A stretch of 64,000 bases of DNA from an uncultured delta proteobacterium (GTDB lineage Bacteria; Desulfobacterota; Binatia; UBA9968), in NCBI GenBank assembly GCA_963840855.1, contig CAWJBB010000041.1, positions 160,001 to 224,000 of the forward strand, in the 5' to 3' direction. The notes under the pieces were generated by a model. The model searched no databases, was not told the origin of the DNA, and saw only the letters and a list, made by a program, of their open reading frames with translations. The position numbers were made by a program, and so were the translations under genes. Each line of letters opens with the position of its first letter. Position 1 is the stretch's first letter. Shown one piece after another: positions 1-11,076 of this stretch.

Positions 1-621
1 GACGCCATCGTCGCTACGGACGTCGGACAGCATCAGATGTTCGCCGCGCAGTACTTCAAGGGAAACAAGCCACGCACCTGGCTGACCTCCGGTGGGCTCG
101 GCACCATGGGGTTTGGCTTCCCCGCAGCCATCGGCGCCCAGAAGGCTTTCCCCGACCGCATGGTGGTTTGTATTACCAGCGAAGGCAGCTTTCAGATGAA
201 TCTTCAGGAGCTCGTGGTGGCCGTGGAACACCAGTTGCCGGTAAAAATAGTGTTGCTTAACAACGGCGTGCACGGCATGGTTCGGCAGTGGCAAGATCTT
301 TTCTATGAAGGCCGTTATTCGGCTAGCCTACTCGGCAAGATGCCGGATTTCGTGAAATTGGCGGATGCTTATGGCATCCTCGGTTTGCGGGCGCTGAAGC
401 CGGTCGAGGTGGTGCCTGTGCTCAAGGAAGGGCTCAAGCACAAGGGGCCTGTGCTGATGGATATTCATACCGATCCCTATGAAAACTGCTATCCCATGAT
501 TCCCGCCGGCGGAGCGCACCATGAAATGATGCTCGAGGATCCGCCCGAACTCAAGCAGGCGCGAAAAGGCGGTGCACAAAAAAGAAAGTTGGATGAGGGG
601 GAGGGCGTGCTTCCTGCCTAA
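1..621 (+). CDS. ilvB: Acetolactate synthase large subunit, C-terminal part (5' end outside window)
   Basis: TPP-binding C-terminal domain ([35 protein letters not shown]); directly upstream of ilvN. Confidence 0.95.
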   Translation, partial: DAIVATDVGQHQMFAAQYFKGNKPRTWLTSGGLGTMGFGFPAAIGAQKAFPDRMVVCITSEGSFQMNLQELVVAVEHQLPVKIVLLNNGVHGMVRQWQDLFYEGRYSASLLGKMPDFVKLADAYGILGLRALKPVEVVPVLKEGLKHKGPVLMDIHTDPYENCYPMIPAGGAHHEMMLEDPPELKQARKGGAQKRKLDEGEGVLPA

Positions 622-633
622 GTCGCTTCGCGA

Positions 634-1155
634 ATGGAACATATCATCTCGGTTCTTGTCGAAAACAAGTTTGGTGTGCTCGCCAGAGTGGCGGGCTTGT
701 TCAGCGCGCGCGGTTACAATATCGAAAGTTTGTCCGTGGCGCCCACTCTGGACCCGACCGCCTCCATGATCACGATTGTCACCGTTGGTGATGACCCGAT
801 CATCGAACAGATCATGAAACAATTGAATAAGGTCGTCGAAGTGCTCAAGGTCGTGGATTTGACCGAAACCCAGTTTCTCGACCGGGAAACCGCTCTTATC
901 AAAGTTCACACCAAAGCGGAACACCGGGACGAAGCGATCCGCATCGCAGATATCTTCCGGGCCAAGATCGTCGACTCGTCGCCGAGCACTTATACTATCG
1001 AGATTACCGGCAACGTCGACAAGGTGGAAGCCTTAATCAATTTGTTGCGTCCGCTGGGCATCAAAGAACTGATTCGCACCGGCAGAATCGCCATTGCCCG
1101 CGAAACCTCTCGCACCGCATCGCCACGCCGCGAGCCGGCGTTGCTGAAAGCATGA
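634..1155 (+). CDS. ilvN: Acetolactate synthase small (regulatory) subunit
   Basis: ACT domain N-terminus ISVLVENKFGVLARVAGLFSARGYNIESL; C-terminal ELIRTG. Confidence 0.95.
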   Translation: MEHIISVLVENKFGVLARVAGLFSARGYNIESLSVAPTLDPTASMITIVTVGDDPIIEQIMKQLNKVVEVLKVVDLTETQFLDRETALIKVHTKAEHRDEAIRIADIFRAKIVDSSPSTYTIEITGNVDKVEALINLLRPLGIKELIRTGRIAIARETSRTASPRREPALLKA

Positions 1156-1582
1156 TGGTTAAATCTACGGTCGTGTAACCAAATTTTCCGCATGGGTTTT
1201 TCGCTGCAAATCAAAGTTTTCGAATTCTCTAGCGCTGAAAGAGCCCTCGGCGACGCGATCAGGGGATGCCGCGCGGAGTTTCGGGCTTTGCATCCGTAAC
1301 CGTCCCATAAGCACCGAACCTTCCGAAATCTCGCTCGCTAACTACTGCAAATTTCCGAACTGTCCCGGCCAAAGGTGATACCTGTCGTCGAGGGGTTTAG
1401 CTTTCGGGGATCGCTGCCGATAGGTTTGAATGTCAGCCGCCTCGCAGCCCGCCAAGCTCCACCTGGCTGGAAACGAGAGTAACGTTTCAAGGATTCGAAA
1501 GAGGGATGGAATTGCCAACGGCAACAAAGACCTCGTTGGTTTCGATAATATGATGGGCTGGCTCGGACGGCGGAGAATACTC

Positions 1583-2857
1583 GTGAACCTGGAAGAGTCG
1601 AATGCGAGAAAGCGCATCCCGCTGGCACAGCTCCAACGTGGCATGTATGTCGTGGAGCTCGATCAGCCGTGGCTTAAAACTCCTTTTATCTCCCATAGTA
1701 GGCATATCAAGAATGGCGATGAGATTGAGTTGCTCGCGAAGCATGGCATTCGCGAGGTCGTTATCGATCTCGAACGGAGCGTCGATGCCGAGACACCTAA
1801 ACCCCCTCCGGCGCCGGAGCCCATTGTCGAGGAAAACGGATCGATACCTGAATCGACCGCCGCGACACGGGCGCGGCTCCGGGATGAGAGGATTCTCCGG
1901 CCTTTAAATCACGAGCTATCCGTGGCCCGTGGAATCCACAAGGAAGCCCTGGCAGCGGCGCAGAGTGTTTTTGACGGCGTTGGACGCGGATCACGGCTAA
2001 ATAGTCCCGCAGCGAAGCAAACCGTTACCGATCTTCTTGGCAGCGTAACGCGCTCCCCGGAAGCACACCTGCTGCTTATCCAGATGCGCCGCTTTCAGAA
2101 CGATTTATTTACTCACGCGGTAAATGTTTGCGTGCTTTCCCTGGTGGTGGGCACGCTCGAAGGATTTGCCAAAGAGGTTTACGAACTGGGCCTAGGTGCG
2201 CTGTTGCACGATATTGGACAAGTACGCTTACCCCGTAACCTACTTCGCAAGAATGACAGCTTCACCGACCAGGAGCGGCGGCTTGTTGAGCAGCATCCCG
2301 CGCTTGGAGCGGCTGTGCTGGAGCAGGAGGAAAGCGTCCCGACAGCGGCCCGGCGGATCGTGATGGAACATCACGAGCGCCTTAATGGTACTGGCTATCC
2401 GCAGAAGCTCGGCGGCGAAAACATCTCGCCTCTGAGCCAGATAGTCGCCATCACCGACGCCTACGACGCCATGATCATTGGTCGCAATGGCATCCTCCGG
2501 AGACCCATCGATGTGCTACGCCAATTGTATTTGGACGCCAACGCCGGCGCTTTCAGCCGCGATTTAATCGAAAAAGTGATCCGCTCCTTGGGGGTTTATC
2601 CCGTGGGCAGCCTGGTGGAGCTCAACACCGGCGAGCGGGGCATTGTATTGGCGGCGAACCGGAGCGATACCCTTAGGCCAACCATTCGCTTGATCTTGAG
2701 TCGCGATGGCTTGCCCCTATTGAGGGGACCGATACTGAGCCTGGCCGAAGAGAAGTCGGTTGCTATCGGGCGGCAGATTGTGCGGACCTTGGATCCCGGC
2801 AAAGAGCGCATCGACATCATGAGTCACCTGACTCTGGCGACGGGATTAGCAGGGTGA
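1583..2857 (+). CDS. HD-GYP domain c-di-GMP phosphodiesterase with N-terminal DUF3391-like domain
   Basis: LLHDIG and [11 protein letters not shown] motifs; [12 protein letters not shown]-terminal domain; GTG start at 1583 after GGAGA chosen over the longer ORF from 1430. Confidence 0.85.
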   Translation: MNLEESNARKRIPLAQLQRGMYVVELDQPWLKTPFISHSRHIKNGDEIELLAKHGIREVVIDLERSVDAETPKPPPAPEPIVEENGSIPESTAATRARLRDERILRPLNHELSVARGIHKEALAAAQSVFDGVGRGSRLNSPAAKQTVTDLLGSVTRSPEAHLLLIQMRRFQNDLFTHAVNVCVLSLVVGTLEGFAKEVYELGLGALLHDIGQVRLPRNLLRKNDSFTDQERRLVEQHPALGAAVLEQEESVPTAARRIVMEHHERLNGTGYPQKLGGENISPLSQIVAITDAYDAMIIGRNGILRRPIDVLRQLYLDANAGAFSRDLIEKVIRSLGVYPVGSLVELNTGERGIVLAANRSDTLRPTIRLILSRDGLPLLRGPILSLAEEKSVAIGRQIVRTLDPGKERIDIMSHLTLATGLAG

Positions 2858-2861
2858 CGGC

Positions 2862-4400
2862 ATGGAGTCGGTAGCTCCGATGATGGTACCACCGCCTGGC
2901 GTTGAAGCTGCCGAGCGAGCGATAGCGCAGCTGCTTCTCGACGCCCTGCCGTCGGCCGCGTTTCTTACGGACGCCGATGGTAGAATCGTTGCGGCCAACG
3001 GGCGGGCGGAACTGCTTCTGGGCTGGGTGGCGCCGGTACTCGAGGGGCAACTGGCCCATGAACTTCTTGACTGCCGTTCGGAGAATCATACCGATGGCGT
3101 GGAAGAGTGTCCCGTCGAAAAAGTCATCCGTGGCGGCAACGTCGAAGCGGCCGCGCGTATGCGGATACTTTGCCGCGACGAAAGCGTTAAGGAAATCGAA
3201 TACCGCTGCGTTCCTTACCCTACCGCAAGAGGGCTCGGCGCGGTTCTGGCGTTTCATGACTTGACGCGGCAGAACGAGTTGGAGAAGGACCTCCGCCGAC
3301 TGGCGTCCATCGCGGAGGAGAGTCCCATCGCCATCGTCGAGCTCAATGAAGACGGAAATTTGATTCACGCCAATCCGGCGATGATGTCTTTAGTGGAGCG
3401 ATTCGGATTCCGCGCCGACGCGCGCCCCGTGATATTGCCTTCTAATGTTGTCAAACTTGTCGCCCATTGTTTGAAAAGCCAAACCCAAATTGACGGCGTA
3501 GAAGTCAACGTGGGAGATAGCCACTACGAGTGGAAAATAGTCCCGGTACTCAGGGAAAATCTGGTGCGGGGTTACGGCATCGACCTCAGCGCGCGCAAAC
3601 ATGCCGAGATGGAACTAATCAGAGCCAAGGCCAAAGCGGAGGTCGCAAACCAAGCGAAATCTGAATTTCTCGCTAACACCAGCCACGAGATTCGTTCGCC
3701 CCTGCATGTCATTCTCGGCATGACCGATCTTTTGGCCGACGGCGATTTGAGTGATGAACAGCGCGCGTATCTCAACACTATTCAGGGTTGCGCCGAATCC
3801 TTAATGTCCGTCATGGGCGATATACTCGACATGGCGGCTCTGGAAGCGGGCAAAGTTACCATTGAGAACGCGTCCTTCGATCTCAGAGTCTTCATGCAAG
3901 AGACTATGGCCTCTTTTAAACCGCTGGCCGAGGAAAGCGGGTTGTGTCTCACCATGGCCATCGGCGCCAAGGTCCCATCGCAAATCCAGTGCGACCGCAA
4001 ACGGCTGAGACAGTTGATTGAAAACCTGCTGTTCAATGCGATCAAGTTCACGGACGACGGAGATGTGGCGGTGGAGGTGGATCGCGATCCCATCTCGGCG
4101 TACTTGGGCCAAGAGAAACCAGGGGACGACGTCCACGGCTCCAGTGGCCACGGCGATTACCTGTTTTTCTCCGTGCGGGATTCGGGCATTGGTATTACGC
4201 GCGATAAACAACAAATTATTTTTAATCCCTTTTCCCAAGTCGATGGAGCGAGCAGCCGCAGCTACGAGGGGATCGGCCTCGGCTTGGCGATCTCCAAGCA
4301 CCTGGTGGAGTTGATGGGCGGAAAAATCGGAGTGGCGAGTGAGCCGCAAAGTGGCAGTCGATTCTGGTTCAGCTTGCCATTGCAACCGATGGCCCGATGA
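2862..4400 (+). CDS. PAS-domain sensor histidine kinase
   Basis: Two PAS-like segments; H-box [13 protein letters not shown]; N-box [10 protein letters not shown]; G boxes DSGIG and GIGLGLAI. Confidence 0.9.
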   Translation: MESVAPMMVPPPGVEAAERAIAQLLLDALPSAAFLTDADGRIVAANGRAELLLGWVAPVLEGQLAHELLDCRSENHTDGVEECPVEKVIRGGNVEAAARMRILCRDESVKEIEYRCVPYPTARGLGAVLAFHDLTRQNELEKDLRRLASIAEESPIAIVELNEDGNLIHANPAMMSLVERFGFRADARPVILPSNVVKLVAHCLKSQTQIDGVEVNVGDSHYEWKIVPVLRENLVRGYGIDLSARKHAEMELIRAKAKAEVANQAKSEFLANTSHEIRSPLHVILGMTDLLADGDLSDEQRAYLNTIQGCAESLMSVMGDILDMAALEAGKVTIENASFDLRVFMQETMASFKPLAEESGLCLTMAIGAKVPSQIQCDRKRLRQLIENLLFNAIKFTDDGDVAVEVDRDPISAYLGQEKPGDDVHGSSGHGDYLFFSVRDSGIGITRDKQQIIFNPFSQVDGASSRSYEGIGLGLAISKHLVELMGGKIGVASEPQSGSRFWFSLPLQPMAR

Positions 4401-4441
4401 GCGGAATAACCACAAATGATCCGCTTCGGCGGGCTAAAGTT

Positions 4442-4514
4442 GTTCACGCCGTTCAAAACGTTCAAGCGGTGGAACAGTCCGCAGCGCGTTTTGAACAACT
4501 TGAACGGTTTGAAC
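4442..4514. repeat. Inverted array of 9-bp-periodic GTTCA(A/C) / TTGAAC units between convergent genes; possible bidirectional terminator
   Basis: GTTCA at 4442, 4451, 4460; TTGAAC at 4491, 4500, 4509, followed by a T run. Confidence 0.7.
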
Positions 4515-4565
4515 TTTTTTGAGCCCTCGTGGTGAGACCCTATTGTCTCGTCAATCGAGAATCGC

Positions 4566-5438
4566 CTAGGCGGTGAGACGGCGAAGAGCTTCAGCGTATT
4601 TTTCCAAGGTCTTTTGGACGATTTCGGGGGGCAACTCGGGAGGGGGCGATTTCATGTCCCAGGGAAGGTTCAATAGGTAATCGCGCACGAACTGCTTGTC
4701 GAAGCTGTCCGGGGTTTTGCCCGGCTCGTAACCGTCGGCGGGCCAAAATCTGGACGAATCCGGCGTAAGCACTTCATCGATGAGCATGATCTCATTACCC
4801 TCGATGCCAAATTCAAGCTTGGTATCGGCGATGATGATGCCTTTGTTTTCGGCAATCGCACGAGCGCGGTTATAGATCGCAACTGTCGCCTCGCGCATTT
4901 TCTCGGCGATGCGCCGTCCGACCTTTTCGATCGTTTCCTCAAAGGTAATGTTGCGGTCATGCTCGCCTGCGGGCGCCTTGGTGGAAGGGGTGAAGATGGG
5001 CTCGTCAAGGCGGGAGGCTTCGAGCATTCCTTTGGGCAGCGCGATACCGCACACGGCGCCGGTTTTCTGATAATCCTTCCAGCCTGATCCGGCGAGATAA
5101 CCGCGCACCACACATTCCACCGGCGCGGGATAAATTTTCTTTACGAGCATACTGCGTCCCGCCAGGCGTGCTTCGTGCGGCTGGCATGGCGCCGGGAAAT
5201 CATTCACATTCGCTGAAATAAAATGGTGGCGAACGAGATCTTGCATGATCCCGAACCAGAAGACCGAGAGGGCGGTGAGTATCTTGCCCTTATCTGGAAT
5301 AAGAGTGGGGAGGATAATATCGAAGGCTGAAATGCGGTCGCTGGCGACCATCAAAAGCCGGTCGCCGAGATCGTAAATATCGCGCACCTTGCCGCGATTG
5401 AATAGGGTCAGTCCGGAAAGTGGAGCGTCGACCACCAT
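4566..5438 (-). CDS. purC: Phosphoribosylaminoimidazole-succinocarboxamide (SAICAR) synthase
   Basis: GKVRDIY, SDRISAFD, VVRGYLAGSG, IIADTKLEFG, DEVLTPDSSRFW, SFDKQFVRD. Confidence 0.97.
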   Translation of the reverse strand: MVVDAPLSGLTLFNRGKVRDIYDLGDRLLMVASDRISAFDIILPTLIPDKGKILTALSVFWFGIMQDLVRHHFISANVNDFPAPCQPHEARLAGRSMLVKKIYPAPVECVVRGYLAGSGWKDYQKTGAVCGIALPKGMLEASRLDEPIFTPSTKAPAGEHDRNITFEETIEKVGRRIAEKMREATVAIYNRARAIAENKGIIIADTKLEFGIEGNEIMLIDEVLTPDSSRFWPADGYEPGKTPDSFDKQFVRDYLLNLPWDMKSPPPELPPEIVQKTLEKYAEALRRLTA

Positions 5439-5530
5439 AGACTAGTTTGTCCCTTCGACGGACCAAAAAGGCAAGGCCCCTACAGTCATACAGTCCCACG
5501 GCTTTGCCGTCGCGCTCGAGCAGCGGTCGT

Positions 5531-5878
5531 TCAAAGGATTTTTTTTACTGCCTCCTCATCGAACCCGGTGAGCTTGGTTTTGCCTTTAATGAGGACCGGG
5601 CGCTTGAGCAGGTTGGGGTCCCGCAACATCAGCTTGATCGCCTCTTCTTTCGACGGCGGCTTCTGCTTCATTTTCTTCTCGCGATAGAGCGGTGTACGGG
5701 TGTTAAGATAGCTCTCGACCGGGCCCGCGCCGATAATCTCGCGCAATTCATTTTCCGAGAGGGGATTTTTCCCGTACTCTCGCGCCTCGAAATCGATATT
5801 TCTTGATTGCAAGAAACTTCTTGCTTTACGGCAAGTCGTTCAGTTTGCTTTATAGATAAACTTGATCTTTTCAGCCAT
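5531..5878 (-). CDS. ArsC/Spx family thioredoxin-fold protein; probable selenoprotein (UxxC)
   Basis: ATG at 5878 reads MAEKIKFIYKAN-TGA-TTCRKARSFLQ... in frame with the 93-aa ORF (PNLLKRPVL, TGFD); TGA at 5840-5842 occupies the first Cys of the family CxxC motif. Confidence 0.8.
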
Positions 5879-5889
5879 CGTGTTTCAGC

Positions 5890-7266
5890 CTACTTGAAGA
5901 ACTTTGCAACGCGCTCAAAAGCGGCCGGTTCGATTTCGTTGCGCACCGGCCAGCCACCTTTGAGCGGCACGGTGGCATCGATAATCGCCACCGCATCACC
6001 TAACCAGCCGCGGAAACTTTGTACTTCGCGGATGATTTCGATGTCTTTATCCCAATGCACCCGGGTCGCGACCGCCCACATAACCTCTCTTTCATTAAAG
6101 ACGTCGACGTCATCATCGACGATCACCGCGAGTTTCAAGTTCGGCATTTCAACGAAGGCCTGCATCCCTGCTTTGTTGGGTTCGTTTTCGAATTCTTTCT
6201 TGATCGAAATGTAGCAAATGCAGCGACCGCAACCGGAGGACGGAAGGTGAATCGCCTTTATTCCCGGGATGTTTCTCTTGATGACGTTGTAAACGCTGCC
6301 TTCCTTCGGGATACTGCCTAGATTCCAATGGTCCATATGCCCGGGCCAGAAGTCTTCGACGATGGCGTTACGCCGGTGGGTAATCGCCGTAACTTCAATG
6401 ACCGGAACGTCCATTTGCGGCTGAGCGTAACCGAGAATCTCACCGAAGGGGTTTTGTGATTGCCGAACTCCGGGAAGGATTTCGCCTTCGATAATGACCT
6501 CGGCGTCCGCTGGGACCATAAACTCATCGCCCCAAGTCGTCGACGGCGTTAAGCGCAGTGGCTGGCGCAAGAAAGCCGAGGCGGTCAGGTAATCGTTGTT
6601 CCCCATGGGCGTCATACAGCAACTGGAGAGATAGAAAGCCGGATGGTGCCCCAAAATTACGATTACCGGCGCGCGCATTTTCTGTTCCTCGTACTCGCAT
6701 GCCATGGCCTCCAGGTGATGGTGCTTGTGCGCAGAAAAACTCATATGCCGAGGATCATGGAATTTGTTTTTGGTAAATGTGATGTCGTAGAAATCGCTGT
6801 TCAATCCCTTCATGGCGCAGGTCATAGTGTGATAGGGACCGGCGTCGCCCTTTTGGTGCATCGGCATGGGGAGGATCCTGAGATCGGCCTTGTCGCCCGT
6901 AAGCACGACTTCCTTGACGGGGGACTTTTCAGGCGCAATTATTTCGACCTTGCCTTGCTGCAGCTCGAGTTTGGCGACTTCGAGGCTGACGTCCATCGAA
7001 GACTTAATATCGCCCATGTCGAGCGAATCGGCGACATACTGCCGCGTCACCCAGGGGTTGTAAAAAATCGGGAACTCGGACTTCTGCCCGTTGAGCGCAG
7101 GCACGTTTTCGAACAAGACCATTTTAGGCTCGTTACGCAGGTCCAGATGCTTTAGATAGGCTACGGTCTCGTAATTGTTCGCATCGATAAAGTTTTTCTC
7201 TCGGATCACGGAGCCTTCTCGTTTAGCTCCTTCTTGCGCGATAAAACTCGGCAGATCTTTAACCAT
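5890..7266 (-). CDS. UbiD family (prFMN-dependent) decarboxylase
   Basis: LPMPMHQKGDAGPY, VPADAEVIIEG, PFGEILGY, VDDDVDVF, WAVATR motifs. Confidence 0.9.
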   Translation of the reverse strand: MVKDLPSFIAQEGAKREGSVIREKNFIDANNYETVAYLKHLDLRNEPKMVLFENVPALNGQKSEFPIFYNPWVTRQYVADSLDMGDIKSSMDVSLEVAKLELQQGKVEIIAPEKSPVKEVVLTGDKADLRILPMPMHQKGDAGPYHTMTCAMKGLNSDFYDITFTKNKFHDPRHMSFSAHKHHHLEAMACEYEEQKMRAPVIVILGHHPAFYLSSCCMTPMGNNDYLTASAFLRQPLRLTPSTTWGDEFMVPADAEVIIEGEILPGVRQSQNPFGEILGYAQPQMDVPVIEVTAITHRRNAIVEDFWPGHMDHWNLGSIPKEGSVYNVIKRNIPGIKAIHLPSSGCGRCICYISIKKEFENEPNKAGMQAFVEMPNLKLAVIVDDDVDVFNEREVMWAVATRVHWDKDIEIIREVQSFRGWLGDAVAIIDATVPLKGGWPVRNEIEPAAFERVAKFFK

Positions 7267-7343
7267 GGCGGTACTCCTCTATTCCGTTTGAACAAAAAGT
7301 ATCATCTTTACTTAGATGAATCGCCTAGGGAGTTCAAGGGAGC

Positions 7344-8873
7344 TTAGCTCTTGAGAAGTCCTTTGAAGGCGTTCCATTTGTTACGCCAACCCGAGCGGCA
7401 AAGTAGGCGCAGCAGCTGGCGCACCTGGCGGGCCTTTTTGTCACTGGCGGGATACCAGGGGAACTCTTCTTTCAAGCCGAACCGATCCGTAACAATAGAT
7501 TTCTGGCGGCAATACTTTCGGATGCCTTCGGCGCCATGGCGGTGGCCGAAGCCGCTCTCTTTAATTCCTCCCATCGGCGTATCAGGAATGATGTAATTAA
7601 CCAGGCTGTCATTGACGCAAACCGCGCCGACTTCAATTTGCTCGGCCAGCTTCGCGGCGGCGTCCCGGTCACGGCAGAAAATGCTGGCGCCCAAACCATA
7701 GCATGAGTCGTTGGCCAAGCGCATCGCTTCGGCGGCATCAGCGACCTTCATGATCGGGATCACCGGGCCGAAGGTCTCATCTTTCATTACGCTCATATCG
7801 TGATCGACATCAACCAATACCGTGGGCTCAAAATACAGGCCCGGAAAGTTCGGATTTCGTCTGCCGCCCACAAGAACTTTGGCCCCGCGCAGAACCGCCT
7901 CATCGACTTGCGCCGCGACTTTCCCGAGCTGGGCATCAGAGGTCATACTCCCGATGTCGACCAGCTCTTCGCTCGGGCCCTGGCGGATGGCGCGGCTTTT
8001 GGCGCAAACGCGCGCGACGAAATCATCATAAACCGGGGCTTCGACATAAACCCGTTCAATGGACGTGCAGGCCTGGCCCGCGTTCATCAGCGCGCCCCAC
8101 ACGCAGGCTCCGGCGGCGCGTTCAAGATCAGCATCTTTGAGCACGATCATCGGGTCTTTGCCGCCAAGTTCTAACGATACCGGAATGAGCCGCTCGGCGG
8201 CCCGGCGCATCACCTTTTTGCCCGTGGCGACGCTGCCGGTAAAGCTCACCATGTCGACATGATCGATCACAGCCTCGGCAGTTTCGCCACGGCCAATAAC
8301 GACCTGGAGAAGATGATTTGGAAAGCCGGCCTTGAGAACTAACTCGGCGCCAAAAATTGCGGAAAGCGGCGTCAGTTCGGATGGTTTGATAACCACCGCG
8401 TTTCCCGCCATGAGCGCCGGTAGAGCCTCGCCCAGGGTCAACGTCAACGGAAAATTCCACGGGCTGATGATGCCGACGACGCCGCGCGGCGCATACGTGG
8501 AAACGACCTTTTTCGCTTTCATCAGCGGGAAATGCGGGCGAATTTTCTTCGGACCGAGATACCCCGCGCTTTTCTTGGCCCAGACGCCGATGGCATCGCA
8601 AAGATAGAAGAGCTCGTTGCCGTAGGCTTCCGTTCGCGGCCGTCCCGTCTCCGCTGTCAAAACATCGGCCAATCTATCTTGCTCGTCGAGCAACAAATCG
8701 CGCAGGCGATAGAGTAGTTTTGCTCGATGTGGGAAGGTCGAGGTCCGCCAGAGAGCCTGCGCTTTGCGCCCGCGGGCGACGGCTTCAGCGACCTCCGCCC
8801 GCGAGGCGACTGGCAGTTCAGCGAGTTTCTTCAGCGTCGCCGGACTGCGTACTTCGATTGTTTCGTGCTGCAT
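7344..8873 (-). CDS. Aldehyde dehydrogenase family protein
   Basis: ISPWNFP, KPSELTP, FTGS, LELGGKDP, NAGQACTS catalytic Cys, ETFGPV. Confidence 0.93.
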   Translation of the reverse strand: MQHETIEVRSPATLKKLAELPVASRAEVAEAVARGRKAQALWRTSTFPHRAKLLYRLRDLLLDEQDRLADVLTAETGRPRTEAYGNELFYLCDAIGVWAKKSAGYLGPKKIRPHFPLMKAKKVVSTYAPRGVVGIISPWNFPLTLTLGEALPALMAGNAVVIKPSELTPLSAIFGAELVLKAGFPNHLLQVVIGRGETAEAVIDHVDMVSFTGSVATGKKVMRRAAERLIPVSLELGGKDPMIVLKDADLERAAGACVWGALMNAGQACTSIERVYVEAPVYDDFVARVCAKSRAIRQGPSEELVDIGSMTSDAQLGKVAAQVDEAVLRGAKVLVGGRRNPNFPGLYFEPTVLVDVDHDMSVMKDETFGPVIPIMKVADAAEAMRLANDSCYGLGASIFCRDRDAAAKLAEQIEVGAVCVNDSLVNYIIPDTPMGGIKESGFGHRHGAEGIRKYCRQKSIVTDRFGLKEEFPWYPASDKKARQVRQLLRLLCRSGWRNKWNAFKGLLKS

Positions 8874-8944
8874 GCAGGGTGGATATCAAAAATGGCGTAC
8901 GGAAATCGGCGAGCCGCACCAAGCATCGCCCAGGCATCCGCTTC

Positions 8945-9733
8945 TCAGATCATGGTTTGACCGCCGCAGATATTGATCGCCTGCCCGGTCATGCCGCGCG
9001 CCTGTTCCGATGCGACATAACACACCAGCTCGGCGACTTCGTCCGCATCGATAAATCGTTGGATGGGCACGGCGGCCATCGCCTGGGCCTTGAATTGTTC
9101 AGGCGTGATCCCTTGAAGCGCGGCCGTTTCATTGATGCCGCGGGTCGCCATTGCCGTATCCACCCAGCCTGGGCAAATAGCATTTACCGTTATGCCCCGG
9201 CCAACGACTTCCAACGCCAAGGCGCGCGTAAACCCGATCATGCCGTGCTTAGCAGTGCAATAGGCGCTATATCCAGGCACACCGAATTTTCCCAATACCG
9301 ATGAAATATTGATTACGCGCCCGCCTTGGTGGTCGGGCATGTGGCGGAGGACTTCCTTGGTTATGAGGTACATGCCGTTCAAATTGGTGTCGACAATGTC
9401 GTACCAGCAGGAGTCATCCGGGTCGTCGATCTTGCTCAGGCCGGAAATACCGGCGTTGTTCACCAAGATATGAATTGCTCCCCAGCGCTCACTGACTTCG
9501 CCCACGGCCCGCTGCATTTCTGCCTTCGACCGGACATTCATAGTCACGGGCAATACGGCGAGGCCTTTGGATCGAAACTCGTCGGCCGCCTCGTCGAGAT
9601 GCGCTCGATTGCGTGAGGCAATGGCGACCCGGGCGCCGCAGGTCGCGAGACTGCCCGCGATAGCCTTGCCGATGCCCGTCCCTCCCCCCGTAACAACAGC
9701 GATTTTGCCCGTTAATTGGATTTCCAAAGACAT
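8945..9733 (-). CDS. SDR family NAD(P)-dependent oxidoreductase
   Basis: TGGGTGIG, NNAG, YCTAK (YxxxK), NAICPG. Confidence 0.93.
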   Translation of the reverse strand: MSLEIQLTGKIAVVTGGGTGIGKAIAGSLATCGARVAIASRNRAHLDEAADEFRSKGLAVLPVTMNVRSKAEMQRAVGEVSERWGAIHILVNNAGISGLSKIDDPDDSCWYDIVDTNLNGMYLITKEVLRHMPDHQGGRVINISSVLGKFGVPGYSAYCTAKHGMIGFTRALALEVVGRGITVNAICPGWVDTAMATRGINETAALQGITPEQFKAQAMAAVPIQRFIDADEVAELVCYVASEQARGMTGQAINICGGQTMI

Positions 9734-9981
9734 TCTATGGCCCTTTGGAATTGGTAGCCGCTTTTGTCTAAAAACGCAATCAAGACATCGCTGGGCCGTT
9801 ATGAAAGAGAATTCACGCGATATCGGCTTTACTATTGGAGATAGTGGCCGATGCTAGCGCTATAGGGATTGCACACTCCTACCGCGAGGAGGCAATCGCC
9901 GAGATCCAGGAATTGTGGACGGGATAACGCCCGTGCCATTAGGAGACCGCCAAAAAGCGCTGAAGGGGAGAGCAGATATTC

Positions 9982-11052
9982 ATGGACGTAACTGAACTTT
10001 TAGTATTTGGCGTCGAGCAGGGCGCCTCGGATTGCCACCTGAGCGCCGGTGAACCACCGATGATTCGCATTCACGGCGATCTCAAAAAGCTCGACTATCC
10101 GGCGATGTCGCGAGAGGAAGTTCACAGCCTGATTTACGACATCATGGGGGACGCGCAGCGCAAGACCTTCGAAGAAACCCATGAATGCGACTTTTCCTTC
10201 GAGATGGGTGCCATAGCGCGTTTCCGTGTCAACGTTTTTCTCCAGCGCAAAGGCGAAGGCGCCGTGTTTCGTACGATTCCCACCAAGATTCAAACCCTCG
10301 ATGAACTGGGCATGCCGCCGATTCTCCGCCAACTATGCGACAAAGAAAAAGGCTTGATTCTCGTGACCGGCCCCACGGGTTCGGGCAAATCGACGACCCT
10401 AGCGGCGATGGTCGATGATCTAAACAATACCTACGAAGGTCATATTCTAACCATTGAAGATCCTGTCGAATTCGTCCATCAATCAAAAAAATGTCTCGTC
10501 AACCAGCGCGAGCTTGGCCCGCACACCCACTCGTTCGCAAACGCGTTGAGAGCCGCGTTGCGCGAAGATCCTGACGTGATTCTGGTCGGTGAAATGCGCG
10601 ATCTGGAAACCATCCAGCTGGCGCTCACCGCAGCCGAAACGGGTCACATCGTCTTCGGCACGTTGCACACCTCCAGCGCGCCTAAAACCGTGGACCGTAT
10701 CATCGACGTATTTCCGCCCAGCCAGCAGGCGCAGATTCGCGCCCAGTTCGCCGAATCCATCGAGGCGGTAATTACGCAAACACTACTAAAGAAAAAAGGC
10801 GGGGGGCGCACCGCGGCATTGGAGATCATGACGGGCACGACAGCAGTGCGAAACCTGATTCGCGAAGGCAAGATCCACCAGATACCAGGCACCATGCAAG
10901 TAAGCCAAAAAGACGGCATGCAGACGATGGACATGGCGCTGATCAATCTCATTAACCGCGGTATCATCACGAGGGAAGAAGCGCAATCGAAGAGCATGAA
11001 CCCTAATCTTCTGGGTCCCAACGCCATGCCGGCCGTGGTGGCACGCGCCTAA
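9982..11052 (+). CDS. pilT: Type IV pilus retraction ATPase PilT
   Basis: GPTGSGKSTT, TIEDPVE, LREDPDVILVGEMRD, AETGH, AVRNLIRE, GMQTMD. Confidence 0.95.
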   Translation: MDVTELLVFGVEQGASDCHLSAGEPPMIRIHGDLKKLDYPAMSREEVHSLIYDIMGDAQRKTFEETHECDFSFEMGAIARFRVNVFLQRKGEGAVFRTIPTKIQTLDELGMPPILRQLCDKEKGLILVTGPTGSGKSTTLAAMVDDLNNTYEGHILTIEDPVEFVHQSKKCLVNQRELGPHTHSFANALRAALREDPDVILVGEMRDLETIQLALTAAETGHIVFGTLHTSSAPKTVDRIIDVFPPSQQAQIRAQFAESIEAVITQTLLKKKGGGRTAALEIMTGTTAVRNLIREGKIHQIPGTMQVSQKDGMQTMDMALINLINRGIITREEAQSKSMNPNLLGPNAMPAVVARA

Positions 11053-11076
11053 ATCTCAATTAGATCGGAGTCGTAG

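Noticed and set aside
1156-1582. Long intergenic region before the HD-GYP gene as a c-di-GMP riboswitch
   Set aside because: I could not find the GEMM-I or GEMM-II consensus by eye; an Rfam scan would be needed
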